From positions 2,528,001 through 2,592,000 of the forward strand of contig OY764216.1 of the NCBI GenBank assembly GCA_963668315.1: DNA of 64,000 nucleotides, written 5' to 3'. A program made the translations under genes and the position numbers. Of this stretch, positions 9,334 to 20,344 are shown one piece after another. The notes below the pieces were generated by a model. It was not told the DNA's origin. It did no database searches and worked only from the letters and a program-made list of their open reading frames with translations. How positions within the stretch are numbered: position 1 is the stretch's first letter; the number at the start of each line of letters is the position of its first letter. The DNA is from Spirochaetia bacterium (GTDB taxonomy: Bacteria > Spirochaetota > Spirochaetia > DSM-2461).

Positions 9334-10713
9334 ATGTTCGGAAGAAGAGAAATGGAATCCTGGCTGACGGGACCCTGCCGATTCAGGGGCTGCCCGTCGG
9401 TTCGTGTCGATTCGGTGGTGCTCGATTCCCGTCAGGCCGGCGAAAACAGCTTGTTCGCGGCTCTTTCGGGAGAGAGAACCGACGGACACCGTTTTATAGA
9501 AAATGTACTGGAAGCCGGGGCGTCTTCGGTTCTCTGTTCTCCCGAATGGATGGAAAAGAACGGGGAGCTTATTGGAAAATGGCAGGACAAAGCCTGTTTC
9601 GCCGCCGTGGATGATACTCTACTCGGACTGCAGGATCTGGCCCGCGGTTACAGGGATAGTTTTGAAAATCTTACCGTTATCGGAGTCACCGGAAGCAACG
9701 GGAAGACCACGACAAAGGAGATCATCCAGTCCATTCTGTCACGCTCGGGTGCTTCGGTGTGTAACGAAGGAAATCTGAATTCCGATTCGGGTCTGCCCCT
9801 TTCCGTTTTCCGTATCAGGGATACCCACCGTTACGCCGTGCTTGAGATGGGTATGAACCGGATCGGGGAGATGGCTTCTCTGGCCCGGGTGGCCCGGCCC
9901 GATCTTGCCCTGATAACAAACGTCGGCACTGCCCATATCGGTATGATCGGCAGCCGGCAGGGTATAGCTGAAGAAAAAAAAGCCGTTTTTTCCCGTTTTG
10001 ACGGAAAACAGACGGCCTTTTTGAACGAATCCGATCCCTTTGGCGATTTTCTTTCCGAAGACGTCAGGGGAAGGATCGTTAAATATGGACCTGGGGTTAC
10101 CGAGGGGTACGACTTTATCCGGGATGAGGGAATCTACGGACAGAAAATCCGTCTGTCCGGTAAAGAGGTCCAGTTTCCTCTTCCCGGCTTTTTTAATGTG
10201 GTGAATGCCCTGGGCGCCGTGGCTGTGGCAAGGGAACTGGGTTTTTCCGAAGATGATATCATCTGGGGCCTGGAGCACTGCGCCGGACAGTTCGGCAGGG
10301 CCGAGGTCCTGGAAGGGAAGTCTGTAACCCTCTTCAGGGACTGCTATAATGCCAACGGTGAATCTATGGCCGCCTCCCTGGACCTTTTCGGAAGATCGGA
10401 CCGGGGCCGGCGGAAGATCGCCGTGCTGGCCGATATGGGAGAACTGGGCGACGAGAGCGCCGCGGTTCACCGGACGGTTCTGGATCAGGCCCTGAGCCTT
10501 TCTCTGGACGGGATTTTTCTTCTGGGAGAAACGTTCCGGACGGTCTGGGAAGAACGGGCCGAAGGAGAGGACGGAAGAGTCCGTTCCCATGTGGATTTTG
10601 ATGATTTACAGGCAGATTTGCTGGAGAATATCCGCGAAAATGACCTGATTATGCTCAAAGGTTCTCGAATAATGGCTCTGGAGAGGTTGTCCGAACCTCT
10701 TCTGGAACGTTAA
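9334..10713 (+). CDS. murF: UDP-MurNAc-tripeptide--D-Ala-D-Ala ligase
   Basis: DSRQ, GERTDGHRF, TGSNGKTTTKE, EMGMNRIGE, DCYNAN, DMGELG, KGSR; start moved to ATG 9334. Confidence 0.95.
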   Translation: MFGRREMESWLTGPCRFRGCPSVRVDSVVLDSRQAGENSLFAALSGERTDGHRFIENVLEAGASSVLCSPEWMEKNGELIGKWQDKACFAAVDDTLLGLQDLARGYRDSFENLTVIGVTGSNGKTTTKEIIQSILSRSGASVCNEGNLNSDSGLPLSVFRIRDTHRYAVLEMGMNRIGEMASLARVARPDLALITNVGTAHIGMIGSRQGIAEEKKAVFSRFDGKQTAFLNESDPFGDFLSEDVRGRIVKYGPGVTEGYDFIRDEGIYGQKIRLSGKEVQFPLPGFFNVVNALGAVAVARELGFSEDDIIWGLEHCAGQFGRAEVLEGKSVTLFRDCYNANGESMAASLDLFGRSDRGRRKIAVLADMGELGDESAAVHRTVLDQALSLSLDGIFLLGETFRTVWEERAEGEDGRVRSHVDFDDLQADLLENIRENDLIMLKGSRIMALERLSEPLLER

Positions 10714-10724
10714 GGAGAGTATGT

Positions 10725-11804
10725 ATGTTTAAGGAATTTCTGTATCCCCTGTGGGAGTATGTCTCGTTTTTCAATATTTTTCAGTATATCAGCTTCCGGG
10801 CTGCTTTCGCGTTTATAACAGCCCTGCTCACGGCTTTTCTGTTCGGACCGCGGACTATCAAATACATGGGAAAATTGAAAATGGGACAGGTCATCCGTCA
10901 GGAGGGCCCCCAGTCCCATCTGGCCAAGGCGGGCACCCCGACCATGGGCGGCGTTCTTATGATTCTGTCCACCGTACTGGCCGTTCTGCTCTGGCAGGAT
11001 TTTCATGAGCCCCTCGTCTGGATTATCCTTTTTACCATCGTCGGATTCGGCGGTCTGGGTTTTCTTGATGATTTCCTGAAAATTTCCCGCAAGAATTCCG
11101 ACGGCCTCCAGGCCCGTTTCAAATTCTGGGGTCAGATAGGCCTGGCCACCATGGTGGTGCTGGTCCTCTATTTTCTGCGGGACGGTCAGACCACTCTCCT
11201 GTTTATCCCCTTTATCAAGGGAGCCGTGCTGGACCTGGGGCTTTTCTACATTCCCCTGGCCATTTTTCTCATTGTCGGGTTTTCCAACGCCGTGAATCTG
11301 ACAGACGGACTGGACGGACTCTGCACGGGACTGATGATTATCGCCCTGATCGCCTTCAGTCTGCTCTCCTACCTGTCGGGCCATGCGGTTTTCGCCGAAT
11401 ATCTCCAGATTCCCCGTATCGCCGGAGGCAGTGAGCTTACCGTCGTCATTTTCGCGGTATTGGGATCGTGCGTCGGATTTCTCTGGTTCAACAGTCATCC
11501 GGCGGAGATTTATATGGGCGATACCGGTTCTCTGATGCTGGGCGCCTTTCTGGGGGTTCTTTCCCTCATGCTGAAAAAGGAGCTGCTGCTTATCATCATC
11601 GGGGGGATCTTCGTCATGGAAACCCTTTCGGTCATGATCCAGGTTTTCTATTTCAAAAAAACGGGGAAACGGGTGTTTAAAATGGCTCCCATTCATCACC
11701 ATTTCGAACTTCTCGGCTGGGCGGAAAACAAAGTGGTTACCCGGTTCTGGATTATGGGCGGCATGTTTGCCATTATGGGTTTGTCTACCCTTAAAATACA
11801 GTAG
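10725..11804 (+). CDS. mraY: Phospho-MurNAc-pentapeptide transferase
   Basis: KAGTPTMGG, GFLDD, SNAVNLTDGLDGL, MGDTGS, MAPIHHHFE. Confidence 0.97.
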   Translation: MFKEFLYPLWEYVSFFNIFQYISFRAAFAFITALLTAFLFGPRTIKYMGKLKMGQVIRQEGPQSHLAKAGTPTMGGVLMILSTVLAVLLWQDFHEPLVWIILFTIVGFGGLGFLDDFLKISRKNSDGLQARFKFWGQIGLATMVVLVLYFLRDGQTTLLFIPFIKGAVLDLGLFYIPLAIFLIVGFSNAVNLTDGLDGLCTGLMIIALIAFSLLSYLSGHAVFAEYLQIPRIAGGSELTVVIFAVLGSCVGFLWFNSHPAEIYMGDTGSLMLGAFLGVLSLMLKKELLLIIIGGIFVMETLSVMIQVFYFKKTGKRVFKMAPIHHHFELLGWAENKVVTRFWIMGGMFAIMGLSTLKIQ

Positions 11805-11825
11805 CGTAAGGAAATAATAAGAGGA

Positions 11826-12962
11826 ATGGATTGGAGTAAAATGTGGAGCGCCCCCCGGCTTCACAGCGAACAGCAAAACAGAAAAGAGGACTCGATGCTT
11901 GTCATAATTCTGGCCCTGACCGGGCTGGGCGCGGCAGCTCTGTTCAGCTCCTCATACAGTTTCTGCCGTATTTATCTGAACGATCCTCTTTATATGATTA
12001 CCCGGCAGATCAAATGGATAATCCTGGGAACGGTCCTGGCCCTTATCGTGGCGCGGATTCCCAAGGCTACCGTTAAGAGAAGCATTCCCTTTCTGGTTCT
12101 GATTACCCTTGTCCTCAACCTTGTCACCGCCATCCCCGGCATCGGTTATACCTCGGGCGGCGCCCGCCGATGGGTTGAGATCTTCGGTATTTCCCTGCAG
12201 TTTTCCGAGATGGCCAAGCTGGTCCTTGTCCTTTATGTCGCCCGGATGCTGGAGAAGAACCGGCTGCGCCTCGATGACCGGCTGAATGCCCTTCTGCCGC
12301 CCTTCCTGGTGACCATCGCCTTTACGGTGGCCGTCTATCTGCAGAACGATTTTTCCACGGCCCTTTTTATCTTCATTCTCTCCCTGAGCCTTTTCTTTGT
12401 CTCCGGTGCGGATATGAAAAGTATCCTTCCCGTGGTCATCGGCTCCGTTATTCTTTTCCTCCTCATGCTTCTGTCCCGCTCCTACCGGATAGAGCGCTTC
12501 CTCGCCTGGCTTCATCCGGAACTGGATCCTTCCGGGTCGGGTTATCAGATACTTAAAGCGAGAGATGCTCTGCAGAACGGCGGATTCTGGGGAATCGGCA
12601 TCGGGGAAGGACAGGTGAAGACGACGCTGGCCGCCGCCCAGTCGGACTTTGTGCTGGCCGTAGTGGGGGAGGAAACGGGATTTGTCGGTATCCTGGCCGT
12701 GATGTCCCTTCTGTTTCTCTTCCTGCTGGAAGGGTATAAAATGGCCCGGAGAAGCCGGGATCTCTTCAGTTATTACGCTATTTTCGGGCTGGTCTCGTCC
12801 TTTTTCCTCCAGGCCATGGTCAACATGGCCGTGGTTTGCGGTATTTTCCCCGTTACGGGAATTCCCTTTCCCCTGTTCTCCTCGGGAGGCTCTTCGGCCC
12901 TGACGTCCTTTATACTCTTCGGACTGATTTTCAATTTTTCCTACCAGGAGGACGAGGAATGA
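11826..12962 (+). CDS. ftsW: SEDS peptidoglycan polymerase FtsW
   Basis: GARRW, QFSEMAK, GYQI, QSDF..GEETG, PVTGIPFPLFSSGGSS; dcw position. Confidence 0.93.
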   Translation: MDWSKMWSAPRLHSEQQNRKEDSMLVIILALTGLGAAALFSSSYSFCRIYLNDPLYMITRQIKWIILGTVLALIVARIPKATVKRSIPFLVLITLVLNLVTAIPGIGYTSGGARRWVEIFGISLQFSEMAKLVLVLYVARMLEKNRLRLDDRLNALLPPFLVTIAFTVAVYLQNDFSTALFIFILSLSLFFVSGADMKSILPVVIGSVILFLLMLLSRSYRIERFLAWLHPELDPSGSGYQILKARDALQNGGFWGIGIGEGQVKTTLAAAQSDFVLAVVGEETGFVGILAVMSLLFLFLLEGYKMARRSRDLFSYYAIFGLVSSFFLQAMVNMAVVCGIFPVTGIPFPLFSSGGSSALTSFILFGLIFNFSYQEDEE

Positions 12963-13726
12963 GAGAAAAACAGATCCTGACAGTCCTTTCTTTTCTGCTG
13001 GCGGCCGTTCTTATCATGGAAATCCTCTTTAACCTCTTCCTGGCGCCCCGGCTGAGAATCCGCTCCGTCGCGCTGGAATCGGATATCCCTATCAATGACG
13101 AATCCCTCCTGAACATCACGGGGCTGGACCGGGACAACTGGTATTTCTCCCTGGATGTGGAGAAGCTTGAGGATTCCCTTGAAAAGCTGGCCATGGTGGA
13201 AGAGGCCCGCGTGACAAAGCAGTTCCCCAACAGGATAATCATAAGCCTCCGGTCCCGGCGGCCTCTGGTCATGTCCCTTTCCATGGGGAAGGGCGAACTC
13301 GATCCCCTGGTTATCGACAAAGAGGGCGTCGTCTTTCTGTCGGGACGCCACGTATTCTCCTATAATCTGCCCCTCCTGGGCGGCATAGACTCCTCTTGGA
13401 GCCAGCCGGGCGCGCTGCTTTCCCAGGATGTCCTTCCCCTGCTGGAAGATCTGGAGAAGCTGAAATCCGACTCGGAGAATCTTTACAATATTATTTCGGA
13501 AATTACACTGAAGCCCCGTGAGAAGGGCATGTTTGATATAGAGCTGCATCTTACGACTCACAAAATCCCCGTTTTGCTGGACCTGCCCGTGACGGAAGAC
13601 AAAATGAATCAGGCCGTTATGGTCGTCGACGTTATGGAAAAGGAAGGACTGGACCGGAAGATAGAGGAGATCGATCTGCGATCGGGCAGCATTGTTTACA
13701 AGGAAAGGGAGGCAGAAGGTGTTTGA
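12959..13726 (+). CDS. ftsQ: Cell division protein FtsQ/DivIB (TM + POTRA)
   Basis: TM helix, VEEARVTKQFPNRIII, C-terminal IDLR; between ftsW and ftsA; start ATG 12959 overlapping the ftsW stop. Confidence 0.88.
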   Translation: MREKQILTVLSFLLAAVLIMEILFNLFLAPRLRIRSVALESDIPINDESLLNITGLDRDNWYFSLDVEKLEDSLEKLAMVEEARVTKQFPNRIIISLRSRRPLVMSLSMGKGELDPLVIDKEGVVFLSGRHVFSYNLPLLGGIDSSWSQPGALLSQDVLPLLEDLEKLKSDSENLYNIISEITLKPREKGMFDIELHLTTHKIPVLLDLPVTEDKMNQAVMVVDVMEKEGLDRKIEEIDLRSGSIVYKEREAEGV

Positions 13727-14954
13727 GGGAGGACTGTTCGTCGGTCTGGACATAGGCGCCACAAAGGTCTGTACGGCCATAGGGGAATATGATACCCGGG
13801 GAAACCTGAGAATAGCCGGACTGGGAGTACTGCCCGTTGGCGGTACGAGAAAGGGGACCATCGTAAATATAGATTCCACCGGAGCCGCGGTTCTGGAGTG
13901 TATCGAGAGAACCGAGCAGGAGGCGGGGCGCACCGTGGAGGAGCTGTATGTCTCCATTCCGGCGGCGAACCTGGAAGGAATCAATTCCCGGGGTGTTGTC
14001 GCCGTCTCAGCAAAAAACAAAGAGGTGAGCCGGCAGGATGTGGAACGGGTTCTGGATGTGGCGCGCGCTATTGTGGTGCCCATGGACAGGGAGATTATCC
14101 ACTCCCTGCCCCAGTATTACTCCATAGACAACCAGGAAGGCGTAGCCGATCCTGTCAATATGATCGGGGTGCGCCTGGGAGCGGAAGTCCATGTGATAAC
14201 CGCGCCCATCGCCACGACCCAGAATATCATCAGCTGCGTCAACAGAAGCGGCTATATGCTCAACGAGATCGTTATGGATACCTGGGCTTCCTCCTTCGCG
14301 GTTCTTACGGCGGAGGAGAGGGAGAGCGGGGTTCTGTATATTGATATCGGAGGGGACACCACGGATTGGATCATCATCAAAGGGAGTGCTCCCTGGCTGT
14401 GCGGATCTCTTCCCGTGGGGGGGAATCTGGTCACCAATGATATCTCCTGCGTTCTCAAGACCCCCGTGGAGGCGGCGGAGAACATCAAGCGGGAAGTGGG
14501 GTGCTGCTACCACGGCATGATAGAGCGGGACGAAGGGGTAATTGTCCCCGGAGTGGCCAATCTGCCGCCCCAGACGGTTTTCGTGCGGGAAATCTGCGAC
14601 ATCCTGGAAGCCCGCATGAGGGAGGTTTTCTCCCTCATCAAAAAGGATGCCGAGCTGAACCGGTTCCTGCCCCGCCTGCGGGGGGGAGCGGTGATCTCCG
14701 GAGGAGGCGCCCTGCTGAACGGCACGGCCGAACTGGCCTCCGCCATACTGGATCTGCCCGTGCGGATAGGTTATCCCCTGGGGCCGGGCGATCTGAAGCC
14801 GGAATACCGTAATCCTGCCTATGCCACCGTGCTGGGGCTTGTGCAGTATGGTCATCTTTTCGGTAAAGGAGGAGAACGGGTTCCCGAAAAGGTGGGCGCC
14901 CGGGTCTCAAGGCCGGTCCAGGGACTGGTCGACTGGTTTAAGGAATTTTTCTAG
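13719..14954 (+). CDS. ftsA: Cell division protein FtsA
   Basis: [34 protein letters not shown]-terminal amphipathic WFKEFF; GTG start after GGAGG. Confidence 0.96.
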   Translation: MFEGGLFVGLDIGATKVCTAIGEYDTRGNLRIAGLGVLPVGGTRKGTIVNIDSTGAAVLECIERTEQEAGRTVEELYVSIPAANLEGINSRGVVAVSAKNKEVSRQDVERVLDVARAIVVPMDREIIHSLPQYYSIDNQEGVADPVNMIGVRLGAEVHVITAPIATTQNIISCVNRSGYMLNEIVMDTWASSFAVLTAEERESGVLYIDIGGDTTDWIIIKGSAPWLCGSLPVGGNLVTNDISCVLKTPVEAAENIKREVGCCYHGMIERDEGVIVPGVANLPPQTVFVREICDILEARMREVFSLIKKDAELNRFLPRLRGGAVISGGGALLNGTAELASAILDLPVRIGYPLGPGDLKPEYRNPAYATVLGLVQYGHLFGKGGERVPEKVGARVSRPVQGLVDWFKEFF

Positions 14955-15000
14955 GGTACGACCCTTATCGATAGAAACTTGCGTTTGGGAGGGAAACACA

Positions 15001-16251
15001 ATGTCGATGGATAGATTTGAGGTTCTTCAGGAAGAACCGTTGAAAGGACTGACCGGTGAGACGGTAGTCAAGGTTATAGGTGCCGGCGGGGGCGGAAGCA
15101 ATGCGGTAGACCGCATGATTCAGTTCGGCGTCAAGGGCGTGGAATTTGTGGCGGTCAATACGGACTGCCAGACTCTCAACCGCTCCAAGGCGCCCTGTAA
15201 AATTCCCATCGGCCGCTCCATTACCCGCGGTCTGGGAGCGGGCGGCCGTCCCGAAACGGGGGAACAGGCCGCCGAAGAGGACAGGGAAAGTCTGGAGCGT
15301 GTTCTCAAGGGCGCTCAGATGGTCTTTATCACCGCCGGTATGGGGGGCGGAACGGGAACCGGATCGGCTCCGGTCATTGCCCGTCTGGCACGGGAACTGG
15401 GGGCTCTCACCGTAGGTGTGGTCACCCGGCCCTTTACCTTTGAACGGGGGCGGAAGATGGAACTGGCCCAGGCGGGGATCGAAAGGCTCCGGGCCGAGGT
15501 GGATTCGCTTATCGTGATCCCCAATGACAATCTCCTTAAAGTCATCGACAGGAGGACATCCATGTCCGAGGCTTTCCTGGCGGCCGATGACGTCCTTCGC
15601 ATGGGAGTGCAGGGTATTTCCGACGTAATAACAAGCGCCGGCGCCATGAACATAGACTTCGCCGACGTCCGGGCCATTATGAAGGACCAGGGAGATGCCC
15701 TGATGGGTATCGGCATCGGCCGGGGGGACAACCGGGCTATCGATGCGGCCACCGAGGCCATAGAAAACCCCATGCTGGATGATGTCACCGTGGAAGGGGC
15801 CACCGGACTTCTGGTGAATGTCTCCTCCAGCGAGGAACTCTCCTTTATCGAGTACACCGAAATTATCGACTGCATCAGCTCCCGCGTCAGGGATGACGCT
15901 CTGGTTAAGCACGGCTGGGTAGCCGACGAGAACATGGGAGAAGAGGTGAAGGTCACCGTCATCGCCACGGGATTTGAGAAGAAGCACCGGGAAACCCCCG
16001 CCGATACGGTTCCCGTGGCCGTTCAGAGTGAACCGGCCCGGAGAGAACCGGAGCAGAGGGTCCTCAGTTATGACGCCTTCGCCGGCCTCATGAGCGGAGA
16101 GTCCCGTCGGGAGAGCCGTGATACGGAGAGGGAGAAGGAAACTGTCCGCCATGATCAGGCTTCCAACTTAAGGCAGGAGTCCCTTTTCGGAGGGCGGTTC
16201 AGTGAAAATGATCTCCAGATTCCCACATTCATGAGAGAGAGAAAGGGCTGA
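15001..16251 (+). CDS. ftsZ: Cell division protein FtsZ
   Basis: [19 protein letters not shown] tubulin signature, NIDFAD, C-terminal DLQIPTFMR. Confidence 0.98.
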   Translation: MSMDRFEVLQEEPLKGLTGETVVKVIGAGGGGSNAVDRMIQFGVKGVEFVAVNTDCQTLNRSKAPCKIPIGRSITRGLGAGGRPETGEQAAEEDRESLERVLKGAQMVFITAGMGGGTGTGSAPVIARLARELGALTVGVVTRPFTFERGRKMELAQAGIERLRAEVDSLIVIPNDNLLKVIDRRTSMSEAFLAADDVLRMGVQGISDVITSAGAMNIDFADVRAIMKDQGDALMGIGIGRGDNRAIDAATEAIENPMLDDVTVEGATGLLVNVSSSEELSFIEYTEIIDCISSRVRDDALVKHGWVADENMGEEVKVTVIATGFEKKHRETPADTVPVAVQSEPARREPEQRVLSYDAFAGLMSGESRRESRDTEREKETVRHDQASNLRQESLFGGRFSENDLQIPTFMRERKG

Positions 16252-17162
16252 TGAAAGGAAGGGATCTGCTCAGGGAGTATCAGGACTGGTTGATTCTCGA
16301 AATGCGTATGGCGGAGAACAGTGTCTCCACCTATACGGGGGAAGCCTCCATGTTCCTCTTCTGGGCGGGTTCGTCGGGACATGACCCTGCGGGGATTCTT
16401 TCCGATGACATATCCCTGTATATCGAAACGCGCCAGCGCGCCGGCGGTGAAGAGGATGAAGGCCTCTCCTCGCGGACTGTCTCCCGGATCATGAGCTCCC
16501 TCCGCTCGTTTTTCGATTTTCTGATTGCCTCAAAAATCAGGAAGGACAATCCTCTGGACAGGTTAAAGCCGCCGCCCCTGACCCACACTCTTCCCCAGGT
16601 TATGACCATTGAGGAAGTGGAGCGGTTCCTGGACGAAATTGAGACGGATAACAATTACGGAATCAGGGACAGGACCCTCTTTGAAATGATCTACTCCTGC
16701 GGACTGCGTGTTTCCGAAGCGGTGGGTCTGACTCTGGACAGCATATTTCTTCAGGAAGGGCTGATCCGGGTTCTGGGAAAGGGGGATAAGGAGAGACTGA
16801 TTCCCCTGGGCGAGGAAGCGGAGTACTGGATAAGGCGCTACCTGGCCGAAGTCCGTCCCATGCTTGTGAAACCGGGCAAGCGGGATCCCCATCTGTTTCT
16901 GAATAACCGGGGAGAGGGACTGTCCCGCAAGGGCATGTGGAAGCGGTTCAAGGAGATCGCCCTCCGGGCGCAGGTGGAAGGAAAAATCCATACTCTGCGC
17001 CACTCCTTCGCGACCCATCTCCTTAAGGGCGGTGCCGATCTCCGCAGCGTTCAGGAGTTACTGGGCCATTCGGATATCAGCACGACGCAGATCTATACCC
17101 ATCTTAACAGGAAGGATCTGGCAGAAGCCCACAGAAAGTACCATCCCAGGGGGACGTTATGA
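16251..17162 (+). CDS. xerD: Site-specific tyrosine recombinase, XerD-type
   Basis: YSCGLRVSE, GKGDKER, HTLRHSFATHLL.GGADLRSVQELLGH, TTQIYTH. Confidence 0.88.
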   Translation: MKGRDLLREYQDWLILEMRMAENSVSTYTGEASMFLFWAGSSGHDPAGILSDDISLYIETRQRAGGEEDEGLSSRTVSRIMSSLRSFFDFLIASKIRKDNPLDRLKPPPLTHTLPQVMTIEEVERFLDEIETDNNYGIRDRTLFEMIYSCGLRVSEAVGLTLDSIFLQEGLIRVLGKGDKERLIPLGEEAEYWIRRYLAEVRPMLVKPGKRDPHLFLNNRGEGLSRKGMWKRFKEIALRAQVEGKIHTLRHSFATHLLKGGADLRSVQELLGHSDISTTQIYTHLNRKDLAEAHRKYHPRGTL

Positions 17163-17890
17163 GCAGAAAACTCCGTAAGGTGAAGTCGGCTATGGCGGTT
17201 TTTGTACTTTTTCTTCTCCCCCTGCTTGCGGGGTGCCCCTGGGAGAGGCCCGATTACGATAATCTGGCCCGTCGCATGGGTGACCTGGAAGAGGAGGGGA
17301 CCGATCAGGCTGATGATGAGAGAATCGGGGAGCTGAAGGCTGATATCCGCCGGGTCGACAAGGAGATCGAAGAGACCATAGAGAAGGTCCGGGACCGGGG
17401 AACCTACTATAAGCTTCTGGGGCTCAAGTATATGGACTATGACATGTGGTCCGAGGGCGTGGAGGCTTTTTCCGGGGCTCTGAATGTTTACCCCGACAAC
17501 TCCCGGCTGCACTACTACCGGGCCGTGTGTCTGGGCCAGTCAGGGGTCGGCGAAAGCAACCGCAACCTCAGGCAGGAGCTGCTGGAAAGGGCCGAATTCG
17601 ATTATCTCAGGGCTGCCGAACTGGACCCCATCTATACCTCGCCCCTGTGGGGGCTGGCTATTCTCTATGTTTTTGAGCTGGATAGGGCCCGTGAGGCGGA
17701 ACCGGTTCTCGACCGCTTGATGGATATCGAACCCTCCAACGAGAAAGCGATTCTTCTGCGGGCCGAACTTTACAAGGCGGCGGGGGATAAGATGAGGGCT
17801 CTTGAGCTTTATCACAGGCTCCAGGTGGACGGAAAGGATAAAGAGATCAAGCAGGAAGCCATTCAGCGGGCGGCCGCTCTGGGAGGATGA
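17159..17890 (+). CDS. TPR-repeat lipoprotein (conserved spirochaete gene between ftsZ/xerD and dprA)
   Basis: Basic N-terminus, hydrophobic stretch and lipobox LLAGC; coiled coil; TPR-like helices. Confidence 0.8.
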   Translation: MSRKLRKVKSAMAVFVLFLLPLLAGCPWERPDYDNLARRMGDLEEEGTDQADDERIGELKADIRRVDKEIEETIEKVRDRGTYYKLLGLKYMDYDMWSEGVEAFSGALNVYPDNSRLHYYRAVCLGQSGVGESNRNLRQELLERAEFDYLRAAELDPIYTSPLWGLAILYVFELDRAREAEPVLDRLMDIEPSNEKAILLRAELYKAAGDKMRALELYHRLQVDGKDKEIKQEAIQRAAALGG

Positions 17891-17891
17891 C

Positions 17892-18878
17892 GTGACGGAA
17901 AGAGAATTGATTTGTCAAACCATAGATATGATCGGCTCACTCAGAAGCGGTGAAAAAACCGTCCTGGCGGAAAAAATCCGCTCTTATGAAGATCTTTTCG
18001 AGCTTTCCTCCTCTTTTCTGGCCCATGTAACCGGAAGAAGGCCCCGGCTGCAGGAAAGCCCTTCGGAGCTTCTGAAAGAGGCCGAAGAGATCCTGAAGAG
18101 GTGTGAACGGGACCGGATAGGCTGCCTTACCCGGGGAGATGATGATTATCCTGCGAACCTGGCTGCCATTCATGATCCCCCGTTCCGGCTCTACTTCCGG
18201 GGGGAGTCTCCCCGGCGTGACTGGGACGGCGTTGCCGTCGTCGGAACCCGCCTTCCCACTCTGAACGCGAAAGCCGAGGCCTTTCAGTTCGGTCTGGAAC
18301 TGGCTTCCATGGAGTGCCCCCTCATCTCAGGTCTGGCCCTGGGAGTGGACGGAGAAGCCCATAAGGGCGCTCTGGCGGGGCATGGAAGGACCGTGGCCGT
18401 ACTGGGGAGCGGTGTCGATATTCTGACACCCGCCCGCAACAGCCGTATAGGGCAGGATATCCTGCTGAACGGCGGAACGGTGCTGAGCGAGTATGCCCCG
18501 GGAACACCGGGCGCCCGTTGGAGGTACCCCGCCCGTAACAGAATCATCGCCGGCCTTTCTCAGGCCGTGGTCGTTGTCCAGGCGCCCCGCCGGTCGGGAG
18601 CCCTGATTACGGCGGAGTTCGCCCTGGACGAGGGACGGGACGTGGTCATTACCCCTGCGGGCATCTGGGCCGAAGGTACGGCCGGACTGCTGCGCTCCGG
18701 GGCACCCGTGGTGGAATCGGCCTTTGATATTCTCAAGGAATTGAATATTGATACCAGGGGCTGGGTTGAACCCAGGCTGCCCGAGCCGAAGGGACGGGAG
18801 GATCTGGTTTCCTATATGAGCCAAGAACTGAAAGGGGAGGTGATCAGCCATGGCGGCCGTTACTACCGTGTCTCTTAA
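17892..18878 (+). CDS. dprA: DNA-processing protein DprA (Smf)
   Basis: YP.NL..IHDPP, AVVGTR, SGLALGVDGEAH, RNRIIAGLS, SGALITAEFALDEGRDV; GTG start after GGAGG. Confidence 0.95.
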   Translation: MTERELICQTIDMIGSLRSGEKTVLAEKIRSYEDLFELSSSFLAHVTGRRPRLQESPSELLKEAEEILKRCERDRIGCLTRGDDDYPANLAAIHDPPFRLYFRGESPRRDWDGVAVVGTRLPTLNAKAEAFQFGLELASMECPLISGLALGVDGEAHKGALAGHGRTVAVLGSGVDILTPARNSRIGQDILLNGGTVLSEYAPGTPGARWRYPARNRIIAGLSQAVVVVQAPRRSGALITAEFALDEGRDVVITPAGIWAEGTAGLLRSGAPVVESAFDILKELNIDTRGWVEPRLPEPKGREDLVSYMSQELKGEVISHGGRYYRVS

Positions 18879-19812
18879 TGAAGCCGTGGAAGAGTATTTG
18901 GCCTACCTGGAGAAGGTACGCTGTCTCTCATCCCACACCATACGCTCCTACCGGAACGACCTGGAAGCCTGGAAATTCTGGCTGGAAGAGCAGGATGAGC
19001 TTTGGGACAGGGCCGATGAAATCTGTGTGCGCGGATTTCTGGCCAATATGGCGCTGAGGAAAATGACTCCCTCCTCGGTTAACAGGAGGCTCTCTTCCCT
19101 GAGGGGATTTTACGACTGGGCCTGTCTGAAAACAGACCGGGCGGACAATCCCTTCCGAAGAACGAAATCCCTGAAAAAGCAGAAAGCCCTGCCCACCTAC
19201 CTGACCGATCAGGAATTCGAGCGGCTTATCGAGCTGACGGGAGAGGATTTCGCGGGAAAACGGGACAGGCTGATTATGGAGATGCTCTATTCCACAGGAT
19301 GCCGTGTCAGCGAGATCTGTTCCCTGGACCGGAAGTCTCTGGACAGTCATGAAATCCGTGTCATGGGTAAGGGACAGAAGGAGCGTATCGTTTTCCTGGG
19401 TGAAGCGGCCCGGGCAGCTCTGAAGGAGTATCTGCCCCTCCGGGACGGGAAAACCCTTATGAATGACAGGAGCGGGGGCGCTCTCTTCCTGGACCTCAAG
19501 GGATTCAGGCTGACAGCGCGGGGCGTCTTTTTTCTGATCGATAAATATGCCGCCCTGTCGGGTATCGGTAAGAAGATAGGGCCTCATACCTTCAGGCACA
19601 GCTTTGCCACGTCGCTGATTAATGAAGGCGCGGAGATTCGGATGGTGCAGGAGATGCTGGGCCATTCGTCCCTCTCCACCACACAGATCTACTCCCATAC
19701 GGGAATAGAGAGAATCCGTCAGGTTTACCGGCAGAGCCATCCCCACGGGAGGAGCATCGAACGGACCGGGACGGAAAGAAACGAGACAATAGGAGTGAAT
19801 AATGGAAATTAA
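18850..19812 (+). CDS. xerC: Site-specific tyrosine recombinase, XerC-type
   Basis: [46 protein letters not shown]; directly upstream of hslV. Confidence 0.85.
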   Translation: MAAVTTVSLNEAVEEYLAYLEKVRCLSSHTIRSYRNDLEAWKFWLEEQDELWDRADEICVRGFLANMALRKMTPSSVNRRLSSLRGFYDWACLKTDRADNPFRRTKSLKKQKALPTYLTDQEFERLIELTGEDFAGKRDRLIMEMLYSTGCRVSEICSLDRKSLDSHEIRVMGKGQKERIVFLGEAARAALKEYLPLRDGKTLMNDRSGGALFLDLKGFRLTARGVFFLIDKYAALSGIGKKIGPHTFRHSFATSLINEGAEIRMVQEMLGHSSLSTTQIYSHTGIERIRQVYRQSHPHGRSIERTGTERNETIGVNNGN

Positions 19813-20344
19813 AATAAAGGGCACCACCATTCTGGCCGTCAGAAAGGACGGACAGGTCGCCATGGCCGGAGACGGTCAGGTTACCATGGGAGAGTCGGTC
19901 ATCATGAAGGGGAACGCCCGGAAAGTGCGCCGTCTCTACGGCGGCCGGGTCATCTGCGGCTTCGCCGGTTCGACGGCCGACGCCTTTACCCTGGAAGAAC
20001 GGTTCGAGGGCAAACTGAACGAGTTCGGCGGCGACATCCTCCGGGCCAGCGTGGAAATGGCCAAGGACTGGCGAACCGACAGGGCGCTCCGGAAGCTGGA
20101 AGCCATGCTTCTCGTGGCCGACAAGAATAAAACCCTTCTCCTTTCCGGCACGGGAGACGTGATCGAACCGGAAATGGGATGCATCGCCATCGGTTCGGGG
20201 GGGAATTACGCCTTTGCCGCCGCCCGGGCCTATCTGGACGGATCGAACCTGAACGCCGGGGAAATCGCCCGGAAATCCCTGGAAATCGCCTCGGATATCT
20301 GCGTATTCACCAATAAAAGCATCATTGTGGAGGAGCTGTCATGA
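19802..20344 (+). CDS. hslV: ATP-dependent protease subunit HslV (ClpQ)
   Basis: Short propeptide then [31 protein letters not shown]. Confidence 0.97.
   Translation: MEIKIKGTTILAVRKDGQVAMAGDGQVTMGESVIMKGNARKVRRLYGGRVICGFAGSTADAFTLEERFEGKLNEFGGDILRASVEMAKDWRTDRALRKLEAMLLVADKNKTLLLSGTGDVIEPEMGCIAIGSGGNYAFAAARAYLDGSNLNAGEIARKSLEIASDICVFTNKSIIVEELS

Noticed and set aside
9229..17891. Extended ORF-track starts for murF (9229), ftsQ (12836), ftsA (13692), ftsZ (14821) and dprA (17802)
   Set aside because: They overlap upstream genes extensively; downstream starts with RBS or stop-start coupling match family N-termini
16251..19812. Two tyrosine recombinases as integrases of a mobile element
   Set aside because: Housekeeping XerC/XerD size and motifs, embedded in conserved core synteny; no att repeats, tRNA or cargo; no dif site recognised
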